Made by a program: the position numbers and the translations under genes | Shown here: piece after piece, positions 62,918-64,000 of the stretch | Layout of the letters: each line of letters begins with the position of its first letter | How positions within the stretch are numbered: the first letter of the stretch is position 1 | Source: Acidobacteriaceae bacterium | GTDB lineage: Bacteria; Acidobacteriota; Terriglobia; Terriglobales; Acidobacteriaceae | Direction of reading: 5' to 3' | Assembly (NCBI GenBank): GCA_003160215.1 | Contig: PLQW01000093.1 | Span: forward strand, 40,540-104,539 | Length of the DNA: 64,000 nt | The notes under the pieces: model-generated | Databases searched by the model: none | What the model saw: only the letters and a program-made list of their open reading frames with translations | What the model was told of the DNA's origin: nothing

Positions 62918-64000
62918 TCAGAATCCCGATGCGGCGTCACTCGCTTCCTCAAGCAGCAAGCCGTTATAGAAAGAGGCAACCAGCAGGCGTCCTTTGTAAT
63001 TCAGGGCTGTACGGATTGAGACTCCCGCCTCGGGTGTGCTCTGCCAGCTCTGTCCGCCATCCTTGCTCTGGAACACGGCACGAGAATGCAGCGCCGTAGC
63101 CAGCAGCCGCTGGCCGCTGGGGTCGTACCGAACCGCCAGAACATCGTCCTTGGGAAGGCCGCCCAGCATATACTGCCACGTCTGTCCCCCGTCGGTGGAG
63201 CGCAGCGCGCCTTGGCGGGTGCCCAGCCAAAGTGCGGCGCCGGGCGTCAACGTCAGGCTGTAAACTCCGCTCACATATTTCGGCAACGCCACGCTAGTCC
63301 ACGTCTTGCCTCCGTCCCGTGAGAGGTAGGCACCCTTGAGGCCGGCCAGCGTCACGGTCCCGTCGTCGTAGCTGTTGACGACACTGAACTCGCGCTCACC
63401 CTCGACTGTCTGGCCATACCACCTTTCTCCCTGGTCCACGCTGATGAACAACCCGTCATCCGTGGCAGCAAACCAGGCCTTCTCGCCCATCTGCAGCGAC
63501 CGCACCCGCGGTGCAGTAGCAAGGGGAATCAATGGCTCTGGCGGGACTTTTGTCTTTGCAACGGTAGCTTTGCGCTTGGTGCCCGCAGCCGTCTTTGAGG
63601 ACTTCCCTTTGGAAACCACCGGCGATGCCTCGGCTTCCGCTGGCTTCGGCTGCCATTCCGGCACCGGCCCCCAAATCATCTTCATTGGCAACCATGAAGC
63701 GCCTAACGACGCCAATTGGAAGATGCCGTGATTGGTGCCGGCGAACAGCGCCCCGTTCTCCGCCTGTTGCAGGCTCAGGATGTCGCGCCCCGCCAGCCCG
63801 CGGCTGGATTGCCGCCAGCTCTTGCCGACATCGTCGGACAGGAACAAGCCGCCCTGCTCCTTGTCATTGGCCACTCCCACATAGAGCCGGTTCGGGTCCT
63901 TGCGGTCCACTACCACGGCGCCAACCACGCGATGGGAGAATCCATGGTTCGAGCTTGTGTAGTGCGCAAAACCGTCGTTGCTGACCAGTACTCCCCGTAA
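62918..64000 (-). CDS. BNR/Asp-box (sialidase / Ycf48-like) beta-propeller protein, C-terminal part (gene continues off the right edge)
   Basis: Repeated S.D.G.TW-type boxes are present (SDDVGKSWRQ, SVDQGERWY, SRDGGKTWT, STDGGQTWQ, SKDGGQSWQ). The frame stays open upstream of the track start (GTG 63928) to position 64000, reading ...VLVSNDGFAHYTSSNHGFSHR. Confidence 0.7.
   Translation of the reverse strand, partial: LRGVLVSNDGFAHYTSSNHGFSHRVVGAVVVDRKDPNRLYVGVANDKEQGGLFLSDDVGKSWRQSSRGLAGRDILSLQQAENGALFAGTNHGIFQLASLGASWLPMKMIWGPVPEWQPKPAEAEASPVVSKGKSSKTAAGTKRKATVAKTKVPPEPLIPLATAPRVRSLQMGEKAWFAATDDGLFISVDQGERWYGQTVEGEREFSVVNSYDDGTVTLAGLKGAYLSRDGGKTWTSVALPKYVSGVYSLTLTPGAALWLGTRQGALRSTDGGQTWQYMLGGLPKDDVLAVRYDPSGQRLLATALHSRAVFQSKDGGQSWQSTPEAGVSIRTALNYKGRLLVASFYNGLLLEEASDAASGF

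Overview
GC-rich chromosomal segment with about 60 genes, dominated by aerobic energy metabolism. No rRNA, CRISPR array, transposase or integrase was seen. No database search or folding was possible. Family calls rest on motifs read in the translations, and repeat coordinates are good to about +/-2 nt. Gene content and the intergenic repeat vocabulary suggest Acidobacteriota (Terriglobia-like), but this is only an inference.

Gene content, left to right:
- Start of a second NDH-1 locus (a nuoA copy running off the left edge) and a GT2 polyprenyl-phosphate glycosyltransferase.
- A same-strand respiratory block: caa3-type cytochrome c oxidase (subunits II, I, III), an unassigned membrane protein, a dihaem cytochrome c lipoprotein, a Rieske protein, a cytochrome b fused to a haem-c domain, and a CtaG-type assembly factor.
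- tRNA-Ala, then a decahaem cytochrome c followed by an 828-aa outer-membrane beta-barrel. I read this pair as an MtrAB/PioAB/MtoAB-like porin-cytochrome conduit.
- A UvrD-type helicase fused to an Fe-S nuclease, apbC/mrp, an M23 peptidase, CIRCE-hrcA-grpE-dnaJ, rsmE and cysK-cysE.
- A TolB-like propeller, two M28 peptidases, a TetR regulator with an RND efflux operon, yebC, a VOC protein and an orphan thiS.
- A 12-gene nuo locus (A, C-H, J-N) with no nuoB and no nuoI.
- A convergent atpZ-atpI-atpB-atpE fragment, initiator tRNA-Met, an arsR-arsM-arsC-acr3 operon and a BNR-like propeller.

The most unusual non-coding signal is a family of 7-nt tandem arrays (GCNNNNN-type words). They often occur as inverted pairs enclosing mosaics of REP-like hairpins. 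These elements sit inside the nuo, atp and RND operons, flank thiS, and run right up to several start and stop codons.
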